From a virus (lineage: Duplodnaviria > Caudoviricetes): 24,784 bases of DNA. This document shows positions 7,504 to 16,202 of the stretch, in pieces. A program made the translations under genes and the position numbers. The stretch covers positions 1-24,784 of the IMG/VR virus record IMGVR_UViG_3300048599_000236, one strand, 5' to 3'. Positions within the stretch are counted from its first letter, which is position 1, and every line of letters begins with the position of its first letter. The notes beneath the pieces are model-generated. The model saw only the letters and a list, made by a program, of their open reading frames with translations, was not told the DNA's origin and ran no database searches.

Positions 7504-9279
7504 ATGGGAACCCTTCAATCCTGCTCGCGCGAAGACCTGCGCGCCTTGGCCGGCCGGCTCGAATCCCTCAGTCACGGCGAGCGGACTGCGATGATCCGCG
7601 AAACGAGTAAGCACTACGGCATCAGCAAGCAGACGCTGTACCGCAAGCTGGGAGAGGTTGGCTGGACGAGCGGCCGCAAGCCCCGGAGCGACAAAGGTAC
7701 TACCAGCGTGAGCGATGCCGCCCTGGTCGCCCTCGCCGGAATGCAGAAATCGAGCGTGCGCGACAACGGAAAGCTGACGCTGAAGATGCCCCTTGCGGTC
7801 TCCTTGGCCGACTCCAGCGGCATTGACGTCCCGGTGAGCGCGTCCCAGGCCAATCGCCTGCTGCGGGCACGGCGACTGGACAGCAAGAGCCAGCGGGCCG
7901 AACGCCCGGTCATCGAACTGCGCGCCCCTCACCCCAACCACACCCACGAAGTCGACCCCAGCCTGTGCTTGCTCTACTACCTCAAGGGCCACCAGTACCT
8001 GATGGAGGAGCGCAAGTTCTACAAGAACAAACTCGAGAACTTCGCCAAGGTGAAGATGAAGCTGTGGCGCTACACCGGCTACGACCGAGCACCTGGATGC
8101 CTGGGTGTTCGCTACTACCAAGCGGCCGGCGAGAACCAGAAAAATCTGTTCGAGTTTCTAACCTGGTTGTGGAGCAAGAAGCCCGAGATCAGCTGGTGGG
8201 GGGTGCCCAAGGTGCTGCTGTGGGACAAGGGCAGCGCTAACACCTCCGGGGCGATCAGAAACTTCCTGGATGCGCTGGAGGTGACATACATCACCCACGA
8301 GGCGGGGAATGCCCGGGTGAAAGGTGGCGTGGAAAACGCCAACAACATCGTCGAAACGCAGTTCGAGAGCCGCCTGCGCTTCAGCCCCGTGAACTCGGTG
8401 GAAGAGCTGAATGCCGCCGCCACGCTGTGGCAAGAGGCGTACAACGCGAACACCCTGCCGCGCCTGGACACCCGCATCCACCGCGAAGGCATTCCGCCCA
8501 CAGCCCGATACGCCCTGTGGCAGAAGATCCGGACGGATCTCGACCAGCTGCGCGAGCTTCCGGACATCGAGGCTTGCCGCTCCTACCTGCTGGGTAAGGA
8601 GGAGACCCGGAAGGTCTCCCCAAAGCTGACCATCCAGTTCCGCCATCCGCGGGCCGACGCCACCCGGAGCTACGACGTTTCCGGCCTGCATCGCTCCATC
8701 GTGGCCGGTTGCGAGGTGACGGTGCATCCGCTCGTCTATGGCGACTGCGCCATCCAGATCACGGTTCCGACCCTTGCCGGCGAGCCCCTCCACTTCAAGC
8801 TGGAGCCGAACCGCGAGTTTGATGAGTTCGGCCAGTTGTCGACGGCTCCGATCATCGGAGAGCGCTACGCCGCTAAGCCCGACACGGAAATCGAACGCGC
8901 TGCCCGCGCGATCGACGAGGCGACCTGGGGAACCCGCGATCGGGACGAAGCCAAGAAGGCCAAGGACCGAGGAGATACCCCCTTCGCCAACACCACCCCG
9001 ATCAATAGCTTGGACCACCTCGCCGACATCCCGCGCGCGAACTGGATGCCCAAGCGCGGCACGGCGATTGACCTGACCACAAAGGTGGTGGAGGAGCGCC
9101 CGCTCAACGTCGCCGATGCCTGCCGCGCCGTGATCGCCCGGGGCGTATCGGGAGAAGGGCTGTATCCGCGGATCGCCGGGCTCTACCCGGATGGCGTCCC
9201 GCCCGCCGAGCTGGATGCCCTGATCGACCGCTTGACCGCAAAGACAAGCCCCGCGCTACGCGCTGTAGGCGGGGCCTAA
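7504..9279 (+). CDS. DDE transposase (A protein, B3/Tn552-type integrase core), 591 aa
   Basis: HTH with RKPRSDKG. Catalytic D (HEVDPS), D (LLWDKGSAN) and E (KGGVENAN). GAGGAG SD. Confidence 0.92.
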   Translation: MGTLQSCSREDLRALAGRLESLSHGERTAMIRETSKHYGISKQTLYRKLGEVGWTSGRKPRSDKGTTSVSDAALVALAGMQKSSVRDNGKLTLKMPLAVSLADSSGIDVPVSASQANRLLRARRLDSKSQRAERPVIELRAPHPNHTHEVDPSLCLLYYLKGHQYLMEERKFYKNKLENFAKVKMKLWRYTGYDRAPGCLGVRYYQAAGENQKNLFEFLTWLWSKKPEISWWGVPKVLLWDKGSANTSGAIRNFLDALEVTYITHEAGNARVKGGVENANNIVETQFESRLRFSPVNSVEELNAAATLWQEAYNANTLPRLDTRIHREGIPPTARYALWQKIRTDLDQLRELPDIEACRSYLLGKEETRKVSPKLTIQFRHPRADATRSYDVSGLHRSIVAGCEVTVHPLVYGDCAIQITVPTLAGEPLHFKLEPNREFDEFGQLSTAPIIGERYAAKPDTEIERAARAIDEATWGTRDRDEAKKAKDRGDTPFANTTPINSLDHLADIPRANWMPKRGTAIDLTTKVVEERPLNVADACRAVIARGVSGEGLYPRIAGLYPDGVPPAELDALIDRLTAKTSPALRAVGGA

Positions 9280-9362
9280 AAAGAGGTGGGCCGGCGCGGC
9301 TGCCACCGCGTCGGCCCGATTGGATGGGTTTCCCCATCCGGACATTGCAAGGAGAAGTCTAC

Positions 9363-10607
9363 ATGAACACGAATAGAGGGGCGATGAGTCGGTTTAGCGA
9401 ACGCCTGCCCCTGAAGCTGAAAGGCGTGCTGCTTCGGCTTGGCGTAAGCCACGGCGATCTGCGGGACGTGATCCTCAAGCCCGACGGCTTGCCTTACAGC
9501 CGAACCGCGGTGGCCCACATGCTCAACCACGGTTACGTGCCGAGCAAGGTTGATTGGGACGGCGTGAAGCGCCAGGTGGAGGAATACCTGGTGAGCAAAG
9601 GCGCCCACCCCAACGAACTGAAATCCGCCTGGGAGGTGGATGACAACAACGCACGTTGGAGCCACAAGCCCGCCGGATTCAACACCCCGCAAGCCCCCCA
9701 ACAAGACGACGAAGACGACTCCACCAGGATTGAACCCGAGATGCTGACCCCCTCCGCCCGCCGCCACTTCAACCTTTTCCGCGACCCGTTCCAGGATGAC
9801 GTGGCTGGCCCCGACGACATCTTCCTGGCAGCCGATCAGCGGTACATCCGCGAGGCGCTTTTCCAGGCCAGCAAGCAGGGCGGCTGGCTGATGGCGGTGG
9901 TCGGCGAGTCCGGCAGCGGCAAGACCACGCTGCGCCGCGAAACCATCGACCGCATCAACCGCGAAGGCCTGCACGTCCAGGTGATCCAGCCCAAGGCCTT
10001 CGACAAGACGATGCTGAACGCCCGACACATCTGCGAGGCGATCCTTTACGACCTGATGCCCGACTGCAAGCCCAAGCGCAGCCTGGAGGCGCTCTCGCGC
10101 CAGGTCGAGAAGGCCCTGATCGAAAGCGGCCGCGCCGGCTACACCCACGTGCTGATGATCGAAGAGGCCCACGATCTCCTGATCCAGACCCTGAAGTACC
10201 TCAAGCGCTTCTGGGAGCTGGAGGACGGATTCAAGAAGCTGCTCTCGATCGTGCTGATCGGCCAGACCGAACTCCGCGACAAGCTCGACGAGCGCCGCTA
10301 CCCCGACGCCCGCGAAGTGATCCGGCGCTGCGAGGTGCTTGAGCTCAAGCCGCTGGATGGCGAGACGGCCAACTACATCGCCATGAAGTTCAAGCGCATC
10401 GGCGCCGACGCGCTGGCGATCTTCGACGAGAAGGCGATCGAAGCCGTGCGCGAGCGCCTCACCGAAATCGGCCGCGGGCCGCGACGCAACGAGACGCGCT
10501 CGATGACCTACCCGCTGGTGGTGAACAACCTGGTCACGAAGGCCCTCAACGCCGGCGCCGGCTACGGCGCGCCGAAGGTCTCCGCTGACATCGTGATGGG
10601 GTGCTGA
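9363..10607 (+). CDS. Transposition AAA+ ATPase (B protein, ExeA/AAA_22-like) with N-terminal extension
   Basis: Walker A GESGSGKTT and Walker B LMIEEAH. AAGGAG SD at 9349-9354 favours ATG 9363. Confidence 0.9.
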   Translation: MNTNRGAMSRFSERLPLKLKGVLLRLGVSHGDLRDVILKPDGLPYSRTAVAHMLNHGYVPSKVDWDGVKRQVEEYLVSKGAHPNELKSAWEVDDNNARWSHKPAGFNTPQAPQQDDEDDSTRIEPEMLTPSARRHFNLFRDPFQDDVAGPDDIFLAADQRYIREALFQASKQGGWLMAVVGESGSGKTTLRRETIDRINREGLHVQVIQPKAFDKTMLNARHICEAILYDLMPDCKPKRSLEALSRQVEKALIESGRAGYTHVLMIEEAHDLLIQTLKYLKRFWELEDGFKKLLSIVLIGQTELRDKLDERRYPDAREVIRRCEVLELKPLDGETANYIAMKFKRIGADALAIFDEKAIEAVRERLTEIGRGPRRNETRSMTYPLVVNNLVTKALNAGAGYGAPKVSADIVMGC

Positions 10608-10609
10608 TC

Positions 10610-11050
10610 ATGACGAGAACCCACCACCCCCGCTCCGCATTCGGCGAGCGCAAGGCCGCCCTGTTCAATGAGCGCTTCCCCATCGGCGACCTCGTTGCCG
10701 TTCGCCGCGCTCCGGGCGAGCCCGCAACCTGGGACCGCGTTTTCGCCCCCGCCTATGGTGCGGGCGACGGTGCGATGGTCGAGCTCGCAAGCAGCCTCGT
10801 TCCGGTCGATACCGACCTGATCTTCGCTTTCGAGCCGGCCACGATGGATCACGGCGATCGCGGAGAACTGCAGGCTGCGCAACCCGCCCGATGCCAGGAG
10901 CCGCGCCGCTTGAATGCCTGGGTGATTGCTTGCGCCTACCTGCTGGGTTTTGCGTCGGCCGTCGTGCTCGCTCTTGTGCAGCCGGTTCGAGCCACCACCC
11001 CTGCCGTCCATATCCCGGAAATCACCTCCGATGCGGGAGAGACGGTATGA
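10610..11050 (+). CDS. Hypothetical protein with one C-terminal TM helix, 146 aa
   Basis: Coupled to flanking genes (ATGA overlap at 11047). Hydrophobic WVIACAYLLGFASAVVLALV. Confidence 0.6.
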   Translation: MTRTHHPRSAFGERKAALFNERFPIGDLVAVRRAPGEPATWDRVFAPAYGAGDGAMVELASSLVPVDTDLIFAFEPATMDHGDRGELQAAQPARCQEPRRLNAWVIACAYLLGFASAVVLALVQPVRATTPAVHIPEITSDAGETV

Positions 11051-11478
11051 ACGCGCCTGCATCCCACATCCGCCGCAACCGCGACGCCGACCGCGCCAAG
11101 GCCACCGAGCTTGTGACCCAGCTCGGAGCTATCGCCCGCCAGATTGCACCGGGCACCGACGACAGCCACATGACCACCGAGCAGCTCGCCGAGCTACGCG
11201 AGACTGCAGCCCAGATCGGCTTCGCCGCCGACCTGCTGGGTGCCTACGCCGCAGGCTTGGCGCTCGCAACCCCGGACCCGATCACCAGCGCCTATCTGGT
11301 TGAACGCTACACCCCGGCCGAGGCCATGCCGGAAACCGAGGAAACCGTGCTCGTCTGGACTGACGACGATGACGATCCCTGGCTGGGCTGGTTTGACGGC
11401 CTGACCTGGTGGTTCGTCGATGCGATGCCGATCAGTCGTGTGAAGGCATGGGCTCGTCGTCCGGGGGTGGCATCGTGA
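11047..11478 (+). CDS. Hypothetical protein with DUF551-like C-terminal domain, 143 aa
   Basis: MPETEETVLVW...WLGWFDG..W...VKAWARRP pattern. ATGA and GTGA overlaps at its two ends. Confidence 0.65.
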   Translation: MNAPASHIRRNRDADRAKATELVTQLGAIARQIAPGTDDSHMTTEQLAELRETAAQIGFAADLLGAYAAGLALATPDPITSAYLVERYTPAEAMPETEETVLVWTDDDDDPWLGWFDGLTWWFVDAMPISRVKAWARRPGVAS

Positions 11479-12140
11479 TCGCCTTCCCCCCGCACTACAC
11501 GGCTCAGGACATCCAGGCCGTCAAAGACATCTCGGTCTGGTGCGCAGCGACTGCCCGCAGCACCACCGCACTGGCGCGGATGATCGGCGGCAGTAACGGC
11601 ACGATGAGCGCCGTGCTGCGCGGCAAGTACGCATCGTCGCCGAGCCCCATCCTGGCCCGCGTGCTGAAGGCGGCGGGACAGCGCCTGCCCAAGGGCTGGG
11701 AGGCGCTGTTGCCGGTCGATGAGCCCGCCCTGCCTGTGGTTTGCGAGCCTGTGCAAACCGTCATCCCGCCCACGCCAACGCGCCCGGTGATGACTGCCTG
11801 GGAGCCCGGCGCCATTTCAACTCGGGAGAAGGGCCTGCGCGAACAGATCAACCGCCTGGTGAGCAAGCACAGCAGCCAGAACCCGATGGATCTTGGCGAG
11901 CTGCTCAATCGCCTGGGCAATACCCCGGAAATGCGCAGCGCACTCGACGGCATGGTCGCCGACCGCGAGCTGCTGATGGCGAAGGTCTCTCGCTTCGGCA
12001 ACACCCACGTGGTGATCTATCCGGTCGGCCGCGTCCCCGTCGAGCGGCCGGGCCGGCGTGCCACCGCCAAGCCCCGCGGCCCAAACATCGTCATCACGCC
12101 CAGCACGCGGTCAGGCGCTGGAAAGGGGAGCCGCCCGTGA
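11475..12140 (+). CDS. HTH-containing hypothetical protein, 221 aa
   Basis: STTALARMIGGSNGTMSAVLRGKYASSP is an XRE-like HTH. Start and stop overlap the neighbouring genes. Confidence 0.65.
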   Translation: MIAFPPHYTAQDIQAVKDISVWCAATARSTTALARMIGGSNGTMSAVLRGKYASSPSPILARVLKAAGQRLPKGWEALLPVDEPALPVVCEPVQTVIPPTPTRPVMTAWEPGAISTREKGLREQINRLVSKHSSQNPMDLGELLNRLGNTPEMRSALDGMVADRELLMAKVSRFGNTHVVIYPVGRVPVERPGRRATAKPRGPNIVITPSTRSGAGKGSRP

Positions 12141-12466
12141 TGAACCACCCCGAACGCGCGTTCGCGCGCCTTGAGCAGGACATCCGCCTGCTGCGCCATG
12201 CCGTCGAGGCGCTGCGCGTGGCCGGCGTGAGCATCCTCTCCGCGGAGATCAGCAGCTTCTCCGACAGCCCCCTGATCCACGTCCAAGACCATCCCATCGT
12301 GCGCGCCATGAATGGCCGCTACACCCGTGCCCGCATCGCCGGAGACGACATCCATGCCGTCCCGTTCATGGGCTGCCAGCTCACCTGGCTCAACGCATCT
12401 CCCGTAGCCGGGCTGGTGCCGACCACCTTCCCCTCCCTCACCGAAAGGACCGCAGAACATGGCTGA
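12140..12466 (+). CDS. Hypothetical phage protein, 108 aa
   Basis: TGATG overlap and GGGGAG SD. Ends with a FMGCQLTW motif seen in small Mu-like early proteins. Confidence 0.65.
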   Translation: MNHPERAFARLEQDIRLLRHAVEALRVAGVSILSAEISSFSDSPLIHVQDHPIVRAMNGRYTRARIAGDDIHAVPFMGCQLTWLNASPVAGLVPTTFPSLTERTAEHG

Positions 12467-13085
12467 ACAGCACTCCACCCCCATCCCCGAAGGCTACTGG
12501 AAGAACGCCGCGGGGCATCTCGTCCCGATCGACCAGGTCAGCGCCCACGACAAGCTGCGCGACGGCGTGGCGCGCAACCTCGTTCAGTCCGCGATTGCGG
12601 TCAATGGCGCGCTCGCAGCGCTCAAGAAGCTGGCGCTGGATGGCATCGCCGAGCTCGTGAGCATCAGCGCCGAGCGCTACGAGGTGAAGATCGGCGGCGA
12701 GAAGGGCAACGTCCAGGTGACCACCTACGACGGCGAGTACAAGATCGTCCGGGCCTACGCCGAGCGGATCAAATTCACCGAGGGCATCGAAGCCGCAAAG
12801 GCCCTGATCAATAACTGCATCATCCGCTGGAGCGAAGGGGCGAACCCGCATATTCGCGCCCTGGTGGACCGGGCGTTCCGCACCGACAGCAAGGGCCAGA
12901 TCAAGACTGCGGCCGTGCTCGAGCTGCTGCGCCTCGACATCGACGACCCCGAGTGGCAGCAGGCCATGCTGGCGATCAGGGACAGCATCGAAGCCTGCGG
13001 CACGGCGGTGTATGTGCGCTTCTACATCCGCGGCGAGGGCGCCGGCCAGTGGAACGCGATTCCGCTGGATCTGGCATCGGTCTAG
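12459..13085 (+). CDS. DUF3164-family protein, 208 aa
   Basis: IPEGYWKNAAGHLVP, GGEKGNV..TYDG, AKALINNCI..WSEGAN, YVRFY and IPLDLA motifs. Confidence 0.88.
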   Translation: MAEQHSTPIPEGYWKNAAGHLVPIDQVSAHDKLRDGVARNLVQSAIAVNGALAALKKLALDGIAELVSISAERYEVKIGGEKGNVQVTTYDGEYKIVRAYAERIKFTEGIEAAKALINNCIIRWSEGANPHIRALVDRAFRTDSKGQIKTAAVLELLRLDIDDPEWQQAMLAIRDSIEACGTAVYVRFYIRGEGAGQWNAIPLDLASV

Positions 13086-13094
13086 GAGGGCAAC

Positions 13095-13322
13095 ATGGAA
13101 AACATCACCGTGATGTCCAACGCAGCCGGGAGCTGGGCGCTCCTGGGGCGTTTCCCCGACACCCAGGAGACCCGCACGACCCTCGACGCCTGCTGCAGCA
13201 TGCTCCACCACCTGTCCGACCGCCGCACCCACTTCAAGCTGGTGGATTCGACCGGCAAGACCCTGGCCACGCTCAAGGACGGCGCCGGACGCTTCGAGCC
13301 CGTCAAGGACGGAGGGTGCTGA
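13095..13322 (+). CDS. Hypothetical protein, 75 aa
   Basis: AGGAGG SD, operon packing and GC3-rich codons. Confidence 0.6.
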   Translation: MENITVMSNAAGSWALLGRFPDTQETRTTLDACCSMLHHLSDRRTHFKLVDSTGKTLATLKDGAGRFEPVKDGGC

Positions 13323-13323
13323 C

Positions 13324-13512
13324 ATGGCCGAACGCACTTTCAAGCAGATCATCGCCGGCCAGCGTCGGAGCCTGGGCTCCCTGGCGCGCAAGCTGCGCGA
13401 GATGGGAAAGGAATGGGACGACCTCGACCCCGGCAACTGCGAGCTGCTGTACCAACTCGCCGACAAGGTCGAGGACGCGGGCGGCGAGCTTTACGCCGGG
13501 GCGGAGGACTGA
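13324..13512 (+). CDS. Hypothetical protein, 62 aa
   Basis: GGAGG SD and operon packing. Predicted helical hairpin. Confidence 0.65.
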   Translation: MAERTFKQIIAGQRRSLGSLARKLREMGKEWDDLDPGNCELLYQLADKVEDAGGELYAGAED

Positions 13513-13514
13513 CC

Positions 13515-14132
13515 ATGCCATCCATCCCTCTCGAACGCATCCGGGCCAGCAAGATCCGGATGATCCAGGTGGCCAAGCGCGATCTGGATCTGGACGACGA
13601 CGCCTACCGGGCGGCGATCGGTCGGGCCGTGAAGGGCAAGACGAGCTCGAAGGACTGCACCACGCTGCAGCTCGACCGGGTGATCGACGAGCTCAAGCGG
13701 CTGGGCTTCAAGCCGCGCAAGTCGCCCAAGGCACCGCCCCGGCCGGAGAAGCGGCCGCTGGACACGTCGGCCGAGGCGAGCAAGGCACGGGCGGTGTGGC
13801 TGCTGCTCGTCGCGCTGGGGGCCGTGCGCGACCCGAGCGAGGCGGCGCTTGCAGCCTACGTGCGGCGCCAGGTGGGCGTCGATGACCTGCGCTGGGTGAA
13901 GGACATGGCGCCGGTGATCGAAGGCCTGAAGGCGTGGGCAGTGCGCGTGCTGCCGGGCGCGATCCGCACTCGGCTGGAGGCGCTGGCCGCTGCAGGTGTC
14001 CCGGCGCCCTGGCGGTCGCTGGAAGCCGCGATGACCCAGATCCCGATCGGGCGGCGCCCGGACACCTTCACGACGCTGCACGGCATCTGGTCGGCGCTGC
14101 CGGCACTACCGATCGACAAGGTGGCGCCGTGA
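13515..14132 (+). CDS. gemA: GemA (Mu gp16, DUF1018) family protein, 205 aa
   Basis: IQVAKRDLDLDDDAYRA...GKTSSKDC...LKRLGFK, KARAVW..L..LGAVRDPSEAALAAYVRRQ and VIEGLKAW motifs. Confidence 0.9.
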   Translation: MPSIPLERIRASKIRMIQVAKRDLDLDDDAYRAAIGRAVKGKTSSKDCTTLQLDRVIDELKRLGFKPRKSPKAPPRPEKRPLDTSAEASKARAVWLLLVALGAVRDPSEAALAAYVRRQVGVDDLRWVKDMAPVIEGLKAWAVRVLPGAIRTRLEALAAAGVPAPWRSLEAAMTQIPIGRRPDTFTTLHGIWSALPALPIDKVAP

Positions 14133-14551
14133 GCCTGCCCCCGCGCATCCAGGAGCTGGTCAGTATGGTCGGCATTGAGGCGGTTATGCAGCTGCTGCAG
14201 CACCGCCTCCTGGGCCGGGAGTGGCGCATTGGTCCCACGAAGGAGACGGAGTGGTATCGCGCCTGGTCCGACGTGCTGGGCGAGGGCCTCACCGACACCG
14301 TGCACAAGGCATGGCAGGGTCGCGACGTGATCTACCTGGCCAACTGCGCCACCCAGCTGCGCGAGGAGGAACACCGCAAGATCGTCGCCCGCTATGACAC
14401 GCTGACGGCGGATGGCATGGCATCGCGAGCGGCAATCAACGAGCTGGTGAAGGAGACCGGCAAGAGCGACCGCTGGCTGCGCACCATCGTCAATCGACCG
14501 ACGCCGCCGCCCGTGCCCGAAGACCTGCAGCTATCCCTTCCGCTTCATTAA
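14129..14551 (+). CDS. mor: Mor/C-family transcriptional activator, 140 aa
   Basis: LPPRIQELVSMVGIEAVMQL N-terminus, IYLANC, and C-terminal HTH AINELVKETGKSDRWLRTIV. Sits directly after gemA. Confidence 0.82.
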   Translation: MSLPPRIQELVSMVGIEAVMQLLQHRLLGREWRIGPTKETEWYRAWSDVLGEGLTDTVHKAWQGRDVIYLANCATQLREEEHRKIVARYDTLTADGMASRAAINELVKETGKSDRWLRTIVNRPTPPPVPEDLQLSLPLH

Positions 14552-14556
14552 CCCCC

Positions 14557-14589
14557 GACGCCCTGCCCAAAGCAGGGCGTCTTGCTTTT
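14557..14589 (+). terminator. Intrinsic terminator ending the early operon
   Basis: 10-bp stem GACGCCCTGC-CCAAA-GCAGGGCGTC followed by TTGCTTTT. Confidence 0.8.
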
Positions 14590-14641
14590 GGGGATGCCCA
14601 TCCCTTCCGGCCAAGCCGGGCGTGATCGTTACGCTGCGGTC
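14588..14641 (+). promoter_or_regulatory. Late promoter of the lysis/packaging operon: dyad GGGATG-CC-CATCCC plus -10 TACGCT
   Basis: Dyad at 14591-14604, TACGCT at 14630-14635 and ATG at 14642. Twin of the 3812-3865 element. Confidence 0.75.
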
Positions 14642-15151
14642 ATGCAATCCACTTACCAAACCTCTGAGCGTGGAACCGGACTGATCCGGCTGTTCGAGAC
14701 GTTCGCGCCGCGCATGTACTACTGCCCGGCCGACAAGCCCACGATCGGCTTCGGTCACGTCATCCGCGCCAACGAGCAGCACTTGCGCAATGCAACGCTC
14801 ACGCTCGACCAGGCGGTGAAGCTGCTGCAGGCGGATCTGAGCACCGTCGAGATCTACCTGAATAGCGTGCTGCCCGACTGGATTCGCCAGTACCACTTCG
14901 ACGCGCTGGCCAGCCTCGTCTTCAACGTCGGCGTCGGCAATTTCGACCGCTCAACCCTGCTCAAGCTGATCAAGGCGAATAAGCGCCTCGGGGCCGAGGA
15001 GGAGTTCGGTAAGTGGATTTTCTCCAAAGGGGTGCGCCTGCGCGGGCTCGTGATCCGGAGGGCCTGCGAGCGGCTGATGTTCGCCGGCTGCACCGACAAC
15101 GCGATCGCGAATGAGCGTGCCCGCCTTCAAGCCATGAAAGGGCCGCTATGA
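14642..15151 (+). CDS. Endolysin, GH24 lysozyme, 169 aa
   Basis: E-X8-C-X5-T triad (FETFAPRMYYCPADKPTIGFGH), FDALASLVFNVGVGNF..STLLK and LRGLVIRR. Confidence 0.92.
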   Translation: MQSTYQTSERGTGLIRLFETFAPRMYYCPADKPTIGFGHVIRANEQHLRNATLTLDQAVKLLQADLSTVEIYLNSVLPDWIRQYHFDALASLVFNVGVGNFDRSTLLKLIKANKRLGAEEEFGKWIFSKGVRLRGLVIRRACERLMFAGCTDNAIANERARLQAMKGPL

Positions 15152-15603
15152 GCATCCGCTTCGCCATCCACGCCACCTGCGACGAACAGCCCGATGACCC
15201 CATCCGCATCGACGCCCATCACATCGCCAGCGATCAGACCTGGTTCGAGCACCCGATCCGCAGCTACGCGCTTCGTCCTGGTTTCCAGATCAACCTTCTC
15301 GCGCACGTTGCTCTTGGCTTTGTGCTGCATAAGGGTGACCGGGATGCCCTGCTGCTGTGCCTCGAGCACGAAGACCCCAACGCCACGATGGGCCTCGAGC
15401 TCGTCGAGAGCGCGGAGCCTGACGAGCACCCCGACGTGCTGCCCGGCTCGGTTCCGCTCGACGAAGCCGGCGCCGGTATCGAGGCGGTGGAGATGGAGCG
15501 CCTGGTTATTCCGCCGGGCGGCAATGCGACGGTAACGCTCACCCGGGCCACGCATCTGCGCATCCGCGAGATCCCGATGGGCGAGGTGCGCAGCGATGGC
15601 TAA
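15148..15603 (+). CDS. Hypothetical acidic beta-rich protein inside the lysis cassette, 151 aa
   Basis: ATGA overlap with the endolysin and overlap with the holin start. No family recognised. Confidence 0.6.
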   Translation: MSIRFAIHATCDEQPDDPIRIDAHHIASDQTWFEHPIRSYALRPGFQINLLAHVALGFVLHKGDRDALLLCLEHEDPNATMGLELVESAEPDEHPDVLPGSVPLDEAGAGIEAVEMERLVIPPGGNATVTLTRATHLRIREIPMGEVRSDG

Positions 15604-15796
15604 GGCCTGGTGGAAGAGCCGGACGATCCGGCTCAACGCGATCGCCGCCGGCCTGGTGGTGCTGGAGGCCAACACCGGCCTGCTGCAGCCCCACCTCCCG
15701 ATCAACTTCTACACGGCGCTGGCCGTGGGCCTGCCGGTGCTCAACGCAATGCTGCGCGCGATCACCAGCCAGCCGCTGTGCCGGCGGGAGGCGTGA
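15596..15796 (+). CDS. Putative holin (2 TM), 66 aa
   Basis: KAWWKSRTI..N N-terminus, two hydrophobic segments and LRAITSQPL. GAGG SD, located in the lysis cassette. Confidence 0.7.
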   Translation: MAKAWWKSRTIRLNAIAAGLVVLEANTGLLQPHLPINFYTALAVGLPVLNAMLRAITSQPLCRREA

Positions 15797-15797
15797 T

Positions 15798-16202
15798 GTG
15801 GTCACGATACGTCAGGTGCTTTTACTGGCCGGTGTGGTGGTGGTCGGCTTACTCGGCTGGCGCTTTTACGACCATGCGTACTCGGCTGGGATGGCCGAGT
15901 GCATCGCGGCGCGCACCGCGCTTGCGGACGCCGCTGCTGACCGAGCACGTGCGCAGGCTGAAGCTCGATCCGACCGCCAGCGCGAAGAAGCGCGGTCCGC
16001 TGCTGCAGCGCGCATCGACCAACTGAGACGGCGTCATGCACTTGAACTCGACCTCGCGCGCAGGCTTCCGGGGCCTGATTGCGGCCTGGACGACCAGTCT
16101 ATGCGCCTGCTCAACGACGCCGTGCGAGCCGGCAATGCCGGCTCCACCGCTGCCCCCGGCAGCGTGCCAGGTGGAGTGCCCGCCGGTGCCGGAGCTGATT
16201 GA
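15798..16202 (+). CDS. i-spanin (Rz-like), 134 aa
   Basis: N-terminal TM, Ala-rich coiled-coil and DCGLDDQSMRLLNDA motif. Confidence 0.75.
   Translation: MVTIRQVLLLAGVVVVGLLGWRFYDHAYSAGMAECIAARTALADAAADRARAQAEARSDRQREEARSAAAARIDQLRRRHALELDLARRLPGPDCGLDDQSMRLLNDAVRAGNAGSTAAPGSVPGGVPAGAGAD

Noticed and set aside
9322-9339. GGATGGG...CCCATCC as a third late-activator box
   Set aside because: Half-site and spacing differ from GGGATG-N2-CATCCC, and there is no matching -10/ATG geometry. Treated as an RNA hairpin.
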